Positions 27,150 through 38,138 are shown, numbered from the stretch's first letter. The stretch is 64,000 bases of DNA from Candidatus Latescibacterota bacterium (GCA_965261395.1 OZ253462.1:5632001-5696000), one strand, 5' to 3'. Notes: generated by a model from the sequence alone, not told the origin. Translations and numbers: made by a program.

Positions 27150-29771
27150 TCATTCCTCATTCTTAATTTTCTCTTTCCACTCATTCAGCTTAATCAACGC
27201 CTGAAGCGGCGTAATCTGGCTGAGATCCATGTCCCGTAGCTCCGCCACCCACGGCGCGTCCGCAGGCGCGGGGAAGAAATTGAGCTGGGGTTGAGGGGCC
27301 GGCGGGGGCACGTCCGGGCGGTGGATGTCCGTGGTGTCGATCTGGTCCTTTTCGAGACGGGCGAGAATTTCTTGGGCACGCGCGACGACTTGGGCCGGCA
27401 TTCCGGCCATCTGTGCGACGTTGATGCCATAGCTTTGGTCGGCAGACCCTGGGGCTAGGCGGTGGAGGAACACCACGCGGTCGCCCTCTTCGCGCACCTG
27501 CACGTTGAAGTTGACTACGCGCTCTAGGTGGCTTTCGAGTTCGGTCATCTCGTGGTAGTGCGTGGCAAAAAGGGTGCGCGGGTGGACCTCGCGGTGTTGA
27601 TGCAAGTATTCGACGATGGCCCAGGCAATGCTCAGGCCGTCGAAGGTGCTCGTGCCGCGGCCGAGTTCGTCGATGAGGAGCAAGCTGCGGCTGGTGGCGT
27701 TGTTGAGGATATTGGCCGCCTCGTGCATCTCTACCATGAAGGTGCTCTCGCCGCCGGCGAGGTTGTCGGACGCGCCCACGCGGGTGAAGATGCGATCGAC
27801 GACGCCGATGGTGGCTTGCCGCGCGGGGACGAAGCTGCCCATCTGCGCCATCAGCGCGATGAGACCCACTTGGCGGATGATGGTGCTCTTGCCGGCCATA
27901 TTCGGGCCGGTGATGAGCATGATCTGCGCCCCGTTGGTGTCGAGGCGCACATCGTTGGGCACGAAGCGGCCCGTGCGGAGCTGGCGCTCGACGACTGGGT
28001 GGCGGCCGTCGCGGATTTCGATTAGCTGGCCGTCATCGACTTGGGGTCGGGTGTAGGATTCGCTCTCGGCGACTTCGGCGAGGGAATACAGCACGTCGAT
28101 GCGCGCGATGGCACGGGCGATCTGTTGGACTTGGGGCGTCCAGCGGGCGGCGCGGTCGCGCAGGGCCAAGAATAGCTCGTTCTCCAGCTCTTTGAGGCGG
28201 TCCTCGGCCCCTAGGACCTTTTCCTCGTACTCCTTTAGCTCGGGCGTGATGAAGCGCTCGGCGTTGGCCAAGGTCTGTTTGCGATGGTACTCGGCGGGAG
28301 CTTTGTCGAGGTTGGCCTTGCTGATTTCAATGTAGTAGCCAAAGACTTGGTTGTAGCCGATCTTGAGCGAGGCAATGCCGGTGCGCTCGCGCTCGGTGAC
28401 CTGCAAGCGGGCGATGTAGTCCTTGCCGCCGCGGGCGATTCGCCGCAGATCATCAACGTCCGAGTGATGGCCGTCGCGGATTAGGCCGCCGTCGGTCAGG
28501 GTCGCCGGGGGTGCGTCAACTAGTGCTCCGAGGATTTCGGAGACCAACGTGCTGACGTCGGGTAGCCCCTTGGAGCATAGCTCTTGCAGGAGCGCGCTCT
28601 GCGTGGTGGATAGCGCGGTGCCAAGGGCGGGCGCGGTGTCGAGCGAGCGGGCGAGGGCCACCATGTCGCGGGCGTTGGCCCGCAAGCAACAGATCCGCGC
28701 GATCAGCCGCTCTAGGTCGCCGACCTGCTCTAGGCATTGGCCGAGGGTGCGGCGGATTTCGCGCTGGCGTAGCAGCTCGTCAACGGCCTCTAGGCGGTTG
28801 ACGATTAAGGGCGGGGATTTGAGTGGCTGGGCCACCCATTGGCGCAACAGCCGCGCGCCCATGGGGGTGCGGGTGCGGTCGAGGATTTCGAGTAAGGTGT
28901 TGGCGCGGCTCCCGTCTTGGCGATTGGCGAGGAGCTCTAGGTTGCGCTGGGCCGTGGCGTCGATGAGGGCAAAGTGCTCGCGGTGCTTGCGCTGGAGGCG
29001 ATTGATGTGCTCGACCGCGCCGCGCTGGTTGTCGCGCAAGTAGGCCACCGTTGCCCCGCCGGCGCGGATGGCGGCCTCCATGTCCTCGCAGCCAAAGCCC
29101 TTCAGCGTCTGGACGCGGAGCTGGCTGGTGAGGGTTTCGTACGCGGTATCGGCGGTGAAGTGCCAGTCTGCGAGGCGGCTGAGCGCCACGCGCGGCAGGG
29201 CGTTTTGCAGGGTTGCGACCCACTGTTCGTCGGCCCCTTCGGCGATGAGCAGCTCGGCCGGTCCTAAGCTCTCTAGCTCGTCGGCGAGGTCGCTGGCGGG
29301 AATCTCGTCGAGCGCAAAGTCCCCGGTTGACAAATCGACGCTGGCGAGGCCGACGCGGCCGGCGTGCGCGCAGAGGCCGACGAGGAAGTTGTTGCGCTGT
29401 TGGTCGAGCATGGCATCGGAGAGCGCAGTGCCGGGGGAGACGACCTCGACTACGTCGCGCTTGACCACGCCCTTGGCCTTTTTGGGATCTTCGACTTGCT
29501 CGCAAATGGCGACCTTGCGCCCGAGCTGGATGAGTTTGGCCAGATAGCCTTCCATGGCGTGATGGGGCACGCCAGCGAGGGGCACGTCGCCGGATTTGCC
29601 GGCGGGGCGCGAGGTTAGGGTGAGGCCCAGTAGGCGCGCGGCCTCTTTGGCGTCGTCGCAGAACATCTCGTAGAAGTCGCCCATGCGGAAGAAGAGAATC
29701 GCGTCGGGATGCTGACGCTTAAAGTGCATGTACTGCTCCATCGCCGGAGTGAGCTTGGTTCTCGGTGGCAT
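27150..29771 (-). CDS. mutS: DNA mismatch repair protein MutS
   Basis: FRMGDFYE, GPNMAGKS, DELGRGTS, FATHY, SYG..VA. Confidence 0.98.
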   Translation of the reverse strand: MPPRTKLTPAMEQYMHFKRQHPDAILFFRMGDFYEMFCDDAKEAARLLGLTLTSRPAGKSGDVPLAGVPHHAMEGYLAKLIQLGRKVAICEQVEDPKKAKGVVKRDVVEVVSPGTALSDAMLDQQRNNFLVGLCAHAGRVGLASVDLSTGDFALDEIPASDLADELESLGPAELLIAEGADEQWVATLQNALPRVALSRLADWHFTADTAYETLTSQLRVQTLKGFGCEDMEAAIRAGGATVAYLRDNQRGAVEHINRLQRKHREHFALIDATAQRNLELLANRQDGSRANTLLEILDRTRTPMGARLLRQWVAQPLKSPPLIVNRLEAVDELLRQREIRRTLGQCLEQVGDLERLIARICCLRANARDMVALARSLDTAPALGTALSTTQSALLQELCSKGLPDVSTLVSEILGALVDAPPATLTDGGLIRDGHHSDVDDLRRIARGGKDYIARLQVTERERTGIASLKIGYNQVFGYYIEISKANLDKAPAEYHRKQTLANAERFITPELKEYEEKVLGAEDRLKELENELFLALRDRAARWTPQVQQIARAIARIDVLYSLAEVAESESYTRPQVDDGQLIEIRDGRHPVVERQLRTGRFVPNDVRLDTNGAQIMLITGPNMAGKSTIIRQVGLIALMAQMGSFVPARQATIGVVDRIFTRVGASDNLAGGESTFMVEMHEAANILNNATSRSLLLIDELGRGTSTFDGLSIAWAIVEYLHQHREVHPRTLFATHYHEMTELESHLERVVNFNVQVREEGDRVVFLHRLAPGSADQSYGINVAQMAGMPAQVVARAQEILARLEKDQIDTTDIHRPDVPPPAPQPQLNFFPAPADAPWVAELRDMDLSQITPLQALIKLNEWKEKIKNEE

Positions 29772-29808
29772 GATATGGGCGGGTTAGTGGGTTGGGGTTG
29801 GTAGAAAT

Positions 29809-29843
29809 AAAAACGCGGTGGAACGATCGTTCGTCCCACCGCG
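29809..29843 (-). terminator. Intrinsic terminator after rpsA
   Basis: CGCGGTGG/CCACCGCG stem followed by a T-run on the minus strand. Confidence 0.65.
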
Positions 29844-29863
29844 CTTGCTTGTTGATGCAGAGC

Positions 29864-31708
29864 TTACGACTTGTCTTGCTCGTCGTCGTGAGTGTCTTGC
29901 TCGCCGTGAGCGTCTCCCCAGCTCTCCATCTCGTCGTCCTTGTCGTCGTCGACCTCGTCGTCGACCTCGGGGACGATCTCTTGGATGGGATGGTCGGCTA
30001 AGTAGGCTTCGTACTCGGCTTGGTCCTTGTCCTTAAAGTAATCGCGCACGCTGAGGACGATCTTTTTTTGGTTCTTGTCGAACTCGATGACCTCTAGCGG
30101 GAGCTCCTGCCCTTCGGCAAAGCTCTGGCGCGGGTTTTGCAACCCATCGATGGCCAAATGCGACAGCGGCACGAACCCATCGACTTCATCGACGAGCGAG
30201 ACGACGACGCCGCGCTCGAGGATGCGCGAGATCGCGCCCCGCACCTCGACACCCACCGCGTACTGATCGGTGAAGTGAGACCAGGGATTTTCAAAGGCAT
30301 CCTTGTGGCTGAGCGAGATGCGGCGACGCTTGATGTCGATTTCGGTGACGACCACGGGAATCACGTCGCCCTTTTTGAACATTTCGCTGGCTTGGCGGAT
30401 GCGCTTAGTCCAAGACATATCCGAAATGTGGACTAGCCCGTCGATGTTGTCCTCGATCTCGACGAAGGCCCCGAAGTTGGTCAGGCTGCATACCGTGCCC
30501 TCGATCTTGGTGCCGGGGGGATACTTGGCGTCGAGGGTATCCCACGGATCGTCCTCGGTTTGCTTCATGCCGAGCGAGATCTTCTGGTTCTCGCTGTCGA
30601 TCTTGAGCACCTTCACCTCGACGATGTCGCCGATTTCAACCAGCTTGGAAGGATGGCGCACGTGCTGGGTCCAGGACATCTCAGAGATGTGGACTAGACC
30701 CTCGATACCCTCCTCCAGCTCGACGAAGGCACCGTAGTCGGTGATGGAGACCACCTTGCCGCGAATTTGGCTCTCAATCGGGTACTTCTTCTCGATGTTC
30801 TCCCACGGATGGGCAGTTAGCTGCTTCAGCCCCAAGGAGATGCGCTCGCGCTTGCGGTCGTAGCTGAGCACCTTGACCTTGATGCGGTCGCCGATGGAGA
30901 CCAACTCCGAGGGGTGGTTGACGCGCCCCCACGACATGTCGGTGATGTGGAGAAGACCATCGACGCCGCCCAAGTCGATGAAGGCGCCGAAGTCGGTGAT
31001 GTTCTTGACGATGCCCTCGCGGGTTTGGCCTTCCTCCAACACCTTGACGATCTCCTCGCGCATCCGCGCCCGCTCTTCCTCTAGCACGGCACGGCGCGAG
31101 ACGACGATGTTGCGCCGCGCCTTGTTGAGCTTGATGATCTTGAAGGGAAACTCGTGGCCGATGAACTGGTCGAAGTTCTTGACTTGGCGGATGTCGATCT
31201 GCGAGCCGGGCAGAAAGGCCTCGACGCCGAAGAGGCTGACGACGATGCCGCCCTTGATGCGCCGCATCAGCCGACCCTCGACGGTGTTGCCAGTGTCGTG
31301 AGCATCCTTGATCAAATCCCACACCCGCATGAAGTCGGCCTTCTGCTTGGAGAGCACGACTTGGCCGTCTTGGTCTTCGACGTCTTCTAAGAAGACGTCG
31401 ATTTCCTGGCCGGCCTCAATGGACTCGGGGTCGGAAAATTCCTTGATCGAGACCGCGCCTTCGGACTTGAAGCCGATATCGACCATCACTTCGCTGGGGC
31501 CAATTGAAACGACTGTGCCCTTGACGATCTGGCCCTCTTTGATGCCGGAGATGCTCTCCTCGTAGAGGGCCATGAATTCGTCGAATTGGGCCTGATCGTA
31601 CTCGGGCTTTTCTAGCTCTTCGATGCTGACGTTGCCGTACACAGGAGCTTCTTGTGGTGCTTCTGTTGCTTCCTGCGGCTCTTCTGTTACTGTGGTTTCT
31701 TCAGTCAT
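29864..31708 (-). CDS. rpsA: 30S ribosomal protein S1
   Basis: Six S1 repeats (DIGFKSEG, FLPGSQID, DFGAF.DLGG.DGLLHI); acidic tail. Confidence 0.98.
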   Translation of the reverse strand: MTEETTVTEEPQEATEAPQEAPVYGNVSIEELEKPEYDQAQFDEFMALYEESISGIKEGQIVKGTVVSIGPSEVMVDIGFKSEGAVSIKEFSDPESIEAGQEIDVFLEDVEDQDGQVVLSKQKADFMRVWDLIKDAHDTGNTVEGRLMRRIKGGIVVSLFGVEAFLPGSQIDIRQVKNFDQFIGHEFPFKIIKLNKARRNIVVSRRAVLEEERARMREEIVKVLEEGQTREGIVKNITDFGAFIDLGGVDGLLHITDMSWGRVNHPSELVSIGDRIKVKVLSYDRKRERISLGLKQLTAHPWENIEKKYPIESQIRGKVVSITDYGAFVELEEGIEGLVHISEMSWTQHVRHPSKLVEIGDIVEVKVLKIDSENQKISLGMKQTEDDPWDTLDAKYPPGTKIEGTVCSLTNFGAFVEIEDNIDGLVHISDMSWTKRIRQASEMFKKGDVIPVVVTEIDIKRRRISLSHKDAFENPWSHFTDQYAVGVEVRGAISRILERGVVVSLVDEVDGFVPLSHLAIDGLQNPRQSFAEGQELPLEVIEFDKNQKKIVLSVRDYFKDKDQAEYEAYLADHPIQEIVPEVDDEVDDDKDDEMESWGDAHGEQDTHDDEQDKS

Positions 31709-31789
31709 GTTGCGCAGATCCTCAAAAAGGTTAAAGCGAAGCGCTCACTTCGCGTAGTGTGATACCGGCGCGGCCTTTCCGCGCCAGGA

Positions 31790-32461
31790 TTAAGCGCCGC
31801 GTTGGCGAGCCAATGCGACGATGCAGTCAACTTGGTCTGCCAAAGTCATGCAAGTCGTGTTGATCTCGACGATCTCGGCCGCGGCGCTCGTACCTCCGTA
31901 GTCGCGCTCGGCGTCTTCCCGATCTCGAGTTTGGATGTCGGCTTGGACTTGCTCTAGTGTGATGCATACTCCTTTGGCTGTCAATTCCCGATGCCGCCGC
32001 TGGGCGCGCTCATCGAGGTCGGCCACCAAGGCGATTTTTAGCTCGGCGTCGGGAAAGACCACCGAGGCTATGTCGCGCCCTTCGGCGACTACGCCGCCCG
32101 ACTGACCCAGCCGCTGCTGCTGGGCGACTAGGCTGTGGCGCACCAAGGGCACGTCTGCGTAAGCACCTGCTCGGCGGGTGATCTCGGGCTGGCGAATCGC
32201 GTCGCTTATGTCCTGTCCGTCGAGCAGGACGCGTCCCCGGCCAGAGTCCAAATCTATGGTCGAGGTTGCCAATAGGGCCTCCAGCTCGTCCTCGTCCTCG
32301 GGTTCCACCCCGCAGCGGGTCGCCGCTAAGGTCACGGCTCGGTACATGGCCCCGGTGTCGAGGTGGCGATAGCCCAGCCGCTTGGCTACCCGCCGAGCCG
32401 TGGTCGTCTTGCCGGTACCGACCGTGCCGTCGATGGCGATGACTAGCCCGCGCCGTTTCAC
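31790..32461 (-). CDS. cmk: Cytidylate kinase
   Basis: IAIDG..G.GKTT, DTGAMYRA, EGRDI..VVFPDA. Confidence 0.95.
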   Translation of the reverse strand: MKRRGLVIAIDGTVGTGKTTTARRVAKRLGYRHLDTGAMYRAVTLAATRCGVEPEDEDELEALLATSTIDLDSGRGRVLLDGQDISDAIRQPEITRRAGAYADVPLVRHSLVAQQQRLGQSGGVVAEGRDIASVVFPDAELKIALVADLDERAQRRHRELTAKGVCITLEQVQADIQTRDREDAERDYGGTSAAAEIVEINTTCMTLADQVDCIVALARQRGA

Positions 32462-33207
32462 AAGCCGACCTCGGCTTTGAGGCGGTGGACTTCCCCAAGG
32501 CTGAGACGGCGGTGCTGGCCTGCGGCGAGCGGGGCGAGGGTCAGCCCGGCAAATTCGACCCGCGTCAATTGCCGCACCGGGTAGCCGACGGCGCGGAGCA
32601 TGCGGCGGACTTGGCGCTTGCGCCCCTCGTGAATGCAAAGGCTCAGCCGCGCCTGTTTGACCCAACCGCTACTCCAGCGCTCCTCGACTTGGACCTGAGC
32701 CGGTGCGGTGGGCCCGTCGTCGAGCGCGATGCCCTCGCGCAACTGGTCGAGCCGGTCCTCGTGTGGGTCGCCGCTGACAATGGCCTCGTAGCGCTTGTTG
32801 ACGACAAAGCGCGGGTGCAGCAGCCGATAGCCGAGGTCTCCGTCGTCGGTCAGCAGTAAAAGCCCGGTGGTGTCGAGGTCGAGACGACCCACAGGCACGG
32901 TGCCGGGGTGGAGGTCGGGCAAGAGGTCGAAGACCGTGGGCCGGTCGCGTGGGTCGCTGCGGGTGACCAAGTATCCGGCCGGTTTGTGCAAAAGCACGTA
33001 TTCGTACTGATCGGGCAGGGCGACGACGCGGCCGCGGCACTCGACCCGGTCGGCACTCACTGCGACCACTCGACCCGGCTCGGCGACGACCTCGCCGTTT
33101 ATGCGCACTGCGCCGCTTTGTATCAGCGCATCGCTGTGGCGGCGCGAGGCTACACCGCAGCGGGCCAAGAAGCGATTGAGGCGCATTTGCGGCTCAGGCG
33201 CGTTCAT
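32458..33207 (-). CDS. rluB: rRNA pseudouridine synthase (RluB/RsuA family)
   Basis: S4 domain, VGRLD..TTGLLLLT, EGRKRQVRRM. Confidence 0.85.
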   Translation of the reverse strand: MNAPEPQMRLNRFLARCGVASRRHSDALIQSGAVRINGEVVAEPGRVVAVSADRVECRGRVVALPDQYEYVLLHKPAGYLVTRSDPRDRPTVFDLLPDLHPGTVPVGRLDLDTTGLLLLTDDGDLGYRLLHPRFVVNKRYEAIVSGDPHEDRLDQLREGIALDDGPTAPAQVQVEERWSSGWVKQARLSLCIHEGRKRQVRRMLRAVGYPVRQLTRVEFAGLTLAPLAAGQHRRLSLGEVHRLKAEVGL

Positions 33208-33886
33208 CTTCGCTCTCTTCCTCCGCTTCGCTCCCTTCTTCCACTTCGCTCCCTTCCTCTGCCTGCTTTTGCAGCTCGTCCAGCTCAGTGGCGAGCTGTC
33301 GGGCTGCGGCTGGCTGCTGGCCCTCGGCGAGTAGCTCTTCTAATTCCTTGGGCTTGGGTAACTCACCCAGCCCCCGCAGCCCAAAGTGGACCAAAAATTC
33401 TCGGGTCGTGCCAAAGAGCATGGGTTTGCCAATGCCGTCGGAGCGGCCGGCGAGGCGGACCATGTTGAGTTCCATCAGCGTTTGCAACACGCTGGCCGAG
33501 CTAACGCCGCGGATGTTGTCGATCTCGACGCGGGTGACCGGCTGCTTGAAGGCGACGATGGCGAGGACTTCGAGGCCCGCTGGCGAGAGGCGCACTTGGC
33601 GCGAGGTCCGGTGGTACTTGCGCAGCCAAGGTCCGCATTCTTGGCGCGAGGCAAGCTGATAGCCACCCGCTAGTTCGACGACTTCGATCCCGTGCCCGGC
33701 CGCTTCGTACTGGGCGTTAAGCGCGTCGATGGCCTCGCGGATATCGCGGCCGTTGTACCCGGCGAGCAGGTGGACGAGGCGGCCCGGGGTCACCGGCTCG
33801 GTGGCCGTCAGCAGGATGGCCTCAATGATCGCCCGAGCCTTCGCAGGGTCGACGTCGCGCGAGGCTGCTGTGGGTTCATGACTCAC
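33194..33886 (-). CDS. scpB: SMC-Scp complex subunit ScpB
   Basis: LEVLAIVAFKQPVTR.EI..IRGV, GTT.EFL..FGL. Confidence 0.95.
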   Translation of the reverse strand: MSHEPTAASRDVDPAKARAIIEAILLTATEPVTPGRLVHLLAGYNGRDIREAIDALNAQYEAAGHGIEVVELAGGYQLASRQECGPWLRKYHRTSRQVRLSPAGLEVLAIVAFKQPVTRVEIDNIRGVSSASVLQTLMELNMVRLAGRSDGIGKPMLFGTTREFLVHFGLRGLGELPKPKELEELLAEGQQPAAARQLATELDELQKQAEEGSEVEEGSEAEEESEDERA

Positions 33887-34661
33887 GGGTCTGAATAGCC
33901 TCTGCTGCGGTCGGTTGATGTGGTGATTGTTCGATCCAGATCTCGTCGAAGGGCCGCGCCTGCTGTACGCGGACGCGCTGCGCTTTGAGCAGTTCTAGGA
34001 TCCCGACGAAGGTGGCGATTAGGGCTTGGCGGTCGCGGCCTTGGAGCAAGTCTATGAAGCTGATGCGCGAGTTGCGCGCAAGTACCGCCAGCAGATAGTC
34101 GATGCATTCGGCGACCGAGACCTCTTCTTCGACGATTTGGTGTACTAGGTTTTCGGGCACGGTGTCGAGCACGTGCTTATACATAGCCAATAGATCGAAG
34201 AGCGATACGGGCCGTAGCTGAGCCGACTCCCCGACGCCGTCGTCAGGCCCTTGGCGGCGCAGGAACACGTCGCGTCGCTCGTTTTTGCGCACGCCGAGCC
34301 AGTCGGCGATGTCCTTAAATTGCTGGTACTCTAACAGGCGGCGGACCAACTCGGCCTTTGGGTCTTCCTCGCCCTCGTCGTTGAGACCGAGTTCTTCGCG
34401 GGGCAGCAGCATCTGCGACTTGATCCTCAGTAGAGTGGCCGCCATGAGGATGAAATCGCTGGCCTGTTCGATGTCGAGTTGGTGGATGTGTTGCAAAAAG
34501 CTCAAGTACTGGGTGGTGATGTGGGCGATGGGAATGTCGTAGATGTCCAACTCGTCTTTGCGGATCAGATAGAGCAACAGGTCCATCGGACCTTCAAAGA
34601 CGTCGAGTTTGACTTCGTAGAGAGCCGATTCTTCTTCTTGTTCGATCAAGTCGCGTTCCAT
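33876..34661 (-). CDS. scpA: Segregation and condensation protein A
   Basis: FEGP.DLLLYLI...ELDIYDIPI, MAATLL.IKS. Confidence 0.95.
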   Translation of the reverse strand: MERDLIEQEEESALYEVKLDVFEGPMDLLLYLIRKDELDIYDIPIAHITTQYLSFLQHIHQLDIEQASDFILMAATLLRIKSQMLLPREELGLNDEGEEDPKAELVRRLLEYQQFKDIADWLGVRKNERRDVFLRRQGPDDGVGESAQLRPVSLFDLLAMYKHVLDTVPENLVHQIVEEEVSVAECIDYLLAVLARNSRISFIDLLQGRDRQALIATFVGILELLKAQRVRVQQARPFDEIWIEQSPHQPTAAEAIQTRES

Positions 34662-34674
34662 GAGGGCGCCTGCC

Positions 34675-35178
34675 TTAGTCGATAAAAAGATACGGTTTCC
34701 AGCGCTGATCGTCGATGCCAACGAAGTTGCGGATGAAGCTCACGTTGTTGGGGCGCTTGGGTTTGGCGCGCAGCACGAGGCCGACCTGCTCGGGCTGGTG
34801 TTCGCCTTTTTTGTTGTTGCATAAGGCACAGGCGCAGACGAGGTTTTCCCAAGTCCCTTGGCCCCCTTTGGTGCGCGGCACGATGTGATCAACCGTCAGT
34901 TTGCCGTCTTTGCTGCCGCAGTACTGGCACTGGTGGTTGTCGCGCTTGAGAATATTGCGCTTGGAAAGCACGACCCGTCGGCGCGGCGCGCGGATGTAGC
35001 GCCCGAGGCGGACGACGCTGGGCACCGAATAGTCTTGGGAGACCGAATGGATCACCTCACCCATCTTTTCGACGGCTTCAGCCTTGCCGCGCAAAATCAG
35101 CAGCAAGGCCCGGCGTACGCTGCATACGCTTAGAGGCTCGTAGTTTTGATTGAGGACGAGTACGGTTCTTTTTAGCAA
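34675..35178 (-). CDS. HNH endonuclease (HNH_5 type)
   Basis: VLVLN..YEP, RD...CQYCG, TVDHIVP...GG...WENLV.AC..CN..KG. Confidence 0.9.
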   Translation of the reverse strand: MLKRTVLVLNQNYEPLSVCSVRRALLLILRGKAEAVEKMGEVIHSVSQDYSVPSVVRLGRYIRAPRRRVVLSKRNILKRDNHQCQYCGSKDGKLTVDHIVPRTKGGQGTWENLVCACALCNNKKGEHQPEQVGLVLRAKPKRPNNVSFIRNFVGIDDQRWKPYLFID

Positions 35179-35333
35179 GGGCCTATCCGCGGTGTAGAGC
35201 TAATTAAATTTAAGCTACTTTTGGCATGTTCCAACCCTCGGGATTGGATTTATTTTACAGCGTCACCCTCCTGCGACACAATCTGCATTCCTTATAAAAA
35301 GCGTATTTATAATGAATAAGTGCAAGCGCGATG

Positions 35334-35726
35334 TCAGTGGTTGGCGAGTAGGTCGGCGTACTCTTGGGCACTGAGCAAGTGCTCCAAGTCCGCAGTGTTG
35401 TCGATGCGGATCTTGAGCAGCCAGCCGCCGCCATAAGGGTCTTCGTTGATCTGTTCGGCCCCTTCCGCGAGGCTGTCGTTGACTTCTAGTACCTCGCCAG
35501 AAGCCGGGGCGATGAGGTCAGCGACGGTCTTAACCGCCTCGAGCGTGCCAAAGGTTTCGTCCCTTTCGAGGTGTTCACCCACCTCGGGCAACTCGGCGAA
35601 TACTATGTCTCCCAACTCGGTTTGCGCGAAATCTGTAACGCCGATGGTGGTGATGCCGCTTTCTAGTAGAAGCCATTCGTGGCTTTCCGAGTAGAGCAAG
35701 TGCTCGGGGATCTTGGTCTGGCTCAT
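35334..35726 (-). CDS. gcvH: Glycine cleavage system H protein
   Basis: HEW, G.TDFAQ.ELGDIVF, EAVK lipoyl-Lys, IN.DPYG.GW. Confidence 0.95.
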   Translation of the reverse strand: MSQTKIPEHLLYSESHEWLLLESGITTIGVTDFAQTELGDIVFAELPEVGEHLERDETFGTLEAVKTVADLIAPASGEVLEVNDSLAEGAEQINEDPYGGGWLLKIRIDNTADLEHLLSAQEYADLLANH

Positions 35727-35745
35727 AATCGCCTCTCGTTCTTGC

Positions 35746-37092
35746 TTAGGATGATCGCTCCGCGTTGGCTACGTAGCTGGTGTCGAACTGCCCGGCGATA
35801 AAGTCGGGTTCGTTGAGTAGGGTTTGGTGAAAGGGCAGGGTGGTGGCCACGCCTTCGATTGTACATTCGCCTAAGACTCGCCGCATCCGCGCCATGGCAC
35901 CTTGGCGGTCGGGGCCGTAGGCGATGATTTTGGCCAACAGGGAATCGTAGTACGGAGGAATCTCGTAGCCTTGGTAGATGTGGCTATCGATGCGGACGCC
36001 GGGTCCGCCCGGCAGGTGGAGGGCCTCGATGATGCCCGAAGAGGGAATGAAGTTGCGTGCGGGATCCTCGGCGTTGATCCGGCATTCAATGGCGTGCCCT
36101 TTGAGCTGGATGTCCTCTTGGCCAAAATTCAGGGGTTCGCCGGCCGCGATGCGGATCTGTGCCTCGACTAAGTCGATGCCGGTGACCATCTCGGTGACCG
36201 GGTGTTCGACTTGGATGCGGGTATTCATCTCCATGAAGTAGAAGTTGTGGTCTGAATCGACGAGGAACTCAATGGTGCCCGCGCTGTAGTAGCCGACGGC
36301 CGCTGCTCCGGCGAGGGCGGAGCAGCCGAGCCGCTGGCGCAGGTCGGCGTCAACTGCTGGCGAGGGGCTCTCTTCCAAGAGCTTCTGGTACCGACGCTGA
36401 ATGGAACATTCGCGCTCGCCGAGATGGACGAGGTGCCCTTGCTGGTCGCCGAGGACTTGGATTTCGATGTGGCGCGCCTCTTCGATGGAGCGCTCCATGT
36501 ACACGGCGTCGCTGGTAAAGGCGGTGCGTGCTTCGCGGCGCGCCATCTGCCAGGCTTCCTCTAATTCATCCATGCTGCGGACGACCCTCATACCGCGCCC
36601 GCCGCCGCCAGCGGCAGCCTTGAGACGCAGCGGGAAGCCGATCTTTTCCGCCCATTGACGGGCGTCGTCTAGCGACTGGAGCGCGCCCTCGCTGCCCGGC
36701 ACGACGGGCACACCGGCCTCCTGCATGGTGTGGCGAGCGACGGCCTTGTCGCCCATCTTGCGGATGGCCTTGGTCGGCGGGCCGATGAACTGGATGCCGC
36801 AATCGGCGCAGATCTCGGAGAAATCGGCGTTTTCGGCCAAGGGGCCGTAGCCGGGGTGGATCGCGTCGGCGTTGGTCAGTTCGGCGGCGCTGATGATATT
36901 GACAATGTTGCGGTAGCTGTCCTTGCCGGCGGCCGGCCCGATGCAGACGTCCTCGTCGGCAAAAGACACGTGCAGCGAGCGAGTGTCGGCTTGGGAGTGG
37001 ACGGCTACCGTCGCGATGCCCATCTCTTGGCAGGCGCGGATGACGCGCAACGCGATTTCGCCGCGGTCGGCGATGAGGATTTTCTCGAACAC
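35746..37092 (-). CDS. accC: Acetyl-CoA carboxylase, biotin carboxylase subunit
   Basis: [43 protein letters not shown]. Confidence 0.95.
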   Translation of the reverse strand: MFEKILIADRGEIALRVIRACQEMGIATVAVHSQADTRSLHVSFADEDVCIGPAAGKDSYRNIVNIISAAELTNADAIHPGYGPLAENADFSEICADCGIQFIGPPTKAIRKMGDKAVARHTMQEAGVPVVPGSEGALQSLDDARQWAEKIGFPLRLKAAAGGGGRGMRVVRSMDELEEAWQMARREARTAFTSDAVYMERSIEEARHIEIQVLGDQQGHLVHLGERECSIQRRYQKLLEESPSPAVDADLRQRLGCSALAGAAAVGYYSAGTIEFLVDSDHNFYFMEMNTRIQVEHPVTEMVTGIDLVEAQIRIAAGEPLNFGQEDIQLKGHAIECRINAEDPARNFIPSSGIIEALHLPGGPGVRIDSHIYQGYEIPPYYDSLLAKIIAYGPDRQGAMARMRRVLGECTIEGVATTLPFHQTLLNEPDFIAGQFDTSYVANAERSS

Positions 37093-37099
37093 AGCCGTC

Positions 37100-37552
37100 T
37101 TAGCTGGGGCGAATTTTGAACAGGGCTTGATTGTACTCAACGGGCTGGGCGTCGCCGACGAGGATCTCGACTACTTCGCCTTGGATATCCGCTGGAATCT
37201 CATTCATGATCTTCATGGCTTCGATAATGCAGAGGGTCTGGCCGCTTTCGACGCGCTGCCCCTCGCCCACAAAGGGATCGGCCTCGGGCGAGGTAGCCCG
37301 GTAAAACGTGCCGACCATAGGTGAGAGCACCTCGTGCAGGCCGTCGTCGGTCTTTTCGGTGGGCGCTGGCTCAGTGGGCGCGGTGGGCGCTGGCGCGATG
37401 GGCATGGGCGCGGTGGGTGCCACTGGTGAGGGCGCACGGCTGCGGGTCAGGCGGATGCGCGTGCCGTGCCAGAAGCTGCTTTGGACCTCTAACTCTTCGA
37501 TGTCGCTATCTTGGAAAAGCGCTAGCAGTTTGCGGACCTTGCCTTCGTTCAC
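37100..37552 (-). CDS. accB: Biotin carboxyl carrier protein
   Basis: [17 protein letters not shown]. Confidence 0.95.
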   Translation of the reverse strand: MNEGKVRKLLALFQDSDIEELEVQSSFWHGTRIRLTRSRAPSPVAPTAPMPIAPAPTAPTEPAPTEKTDDGLHEVLSPMVGTFYRATSPEADPFVGEGQRVESGQTLCIIEAMKIMNEIPADIQGEVVEILVGDAQPVEYNQALFKIRPS

Positions 37553-37570
37553 AGGAGGTGTCGTCCTTTC

Positions 37571-38128
37571 TCAAACGCGCTCTACGTATTCGCCAGTGCG
37601 GGTATCGACTTTGAGCCGATCTCCCTTATTGACAAAGAGTGGCACTTGCACCACGTAGCCGGTCTCTAGGGTAGCTGGCTTGACTGCACCAGTGGCGGTG
37701 TCGCCCTTGATGCCCGGTTCGGTGTGGGTGACGGCCAGGGAGACGAAGTTGGGTAGGTCAACGGAGACGACTTCCTCGCGCGCTACGAGGAGGAAGGCGT
37801 TCTCACTTTCTTTGAGAAGGTTGCTCGCCGCGCCGACGATTTTTGCGGACACCGGGATCTGATCGTAGGTGTCCAAGTCCATGAAGTAGTACAGCCCTTG
37901 GTCGGCATACAGGTATTGCATCTGGCGCTTTTCGAGCCGGACTGCCTCGACTTTGTCACCCGAGCGGAAGGTGCGGTCGAGCACGGCGCCGGTCTTGGTA
38001 TTTTTGAGCTTGGTGCGCACGAAGGCGTTGCCCTTGCCTGGTTTGACGTGCTGAAACTCGACGATAGAGAAGAGCTCGCCGTCGAGGGACATGGTAAAAC
38101 CGTTTCTAAAATCCGAGGTGTCTGCCAT
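37571..38128 (-). CDS. efp: Elongation factor P
   Basis: HVKPGKG, YFMD..TY.Q, KGDTATG, VDTR.GEY..R. Confidence 0.97.
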   Translation of the reverse strand: MADTSDFRNGFTMSLDGELFSIVEFQHVKPGKGNAFVRTKLKNTKTGAVLDRTFRSGDKVEAVRLEKRQMQYLYADQGLYYFMDLDTYDQIPVSAKIVGAASNLLKESENAFLLVAREEVVSVDLPNFVSLAVTHTEPGIKGDTATGAVKPATLETGYVVQVPLFVNKGDRLKVDTRTGEYVERV

Positions 38129-38138
38129 ATCGCTCCCG

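Noticed and set aside
33205-33262. 18-bp repeats at the scpB 3' end
   Set aside because: An ordinary acidic low-complexity tail (EEGSE).
34675-35178. HNH nuclease as a defence or mobile gene
   Set aside because: Common stand-alone HNH family, native composition, and located in the scpAB operon.
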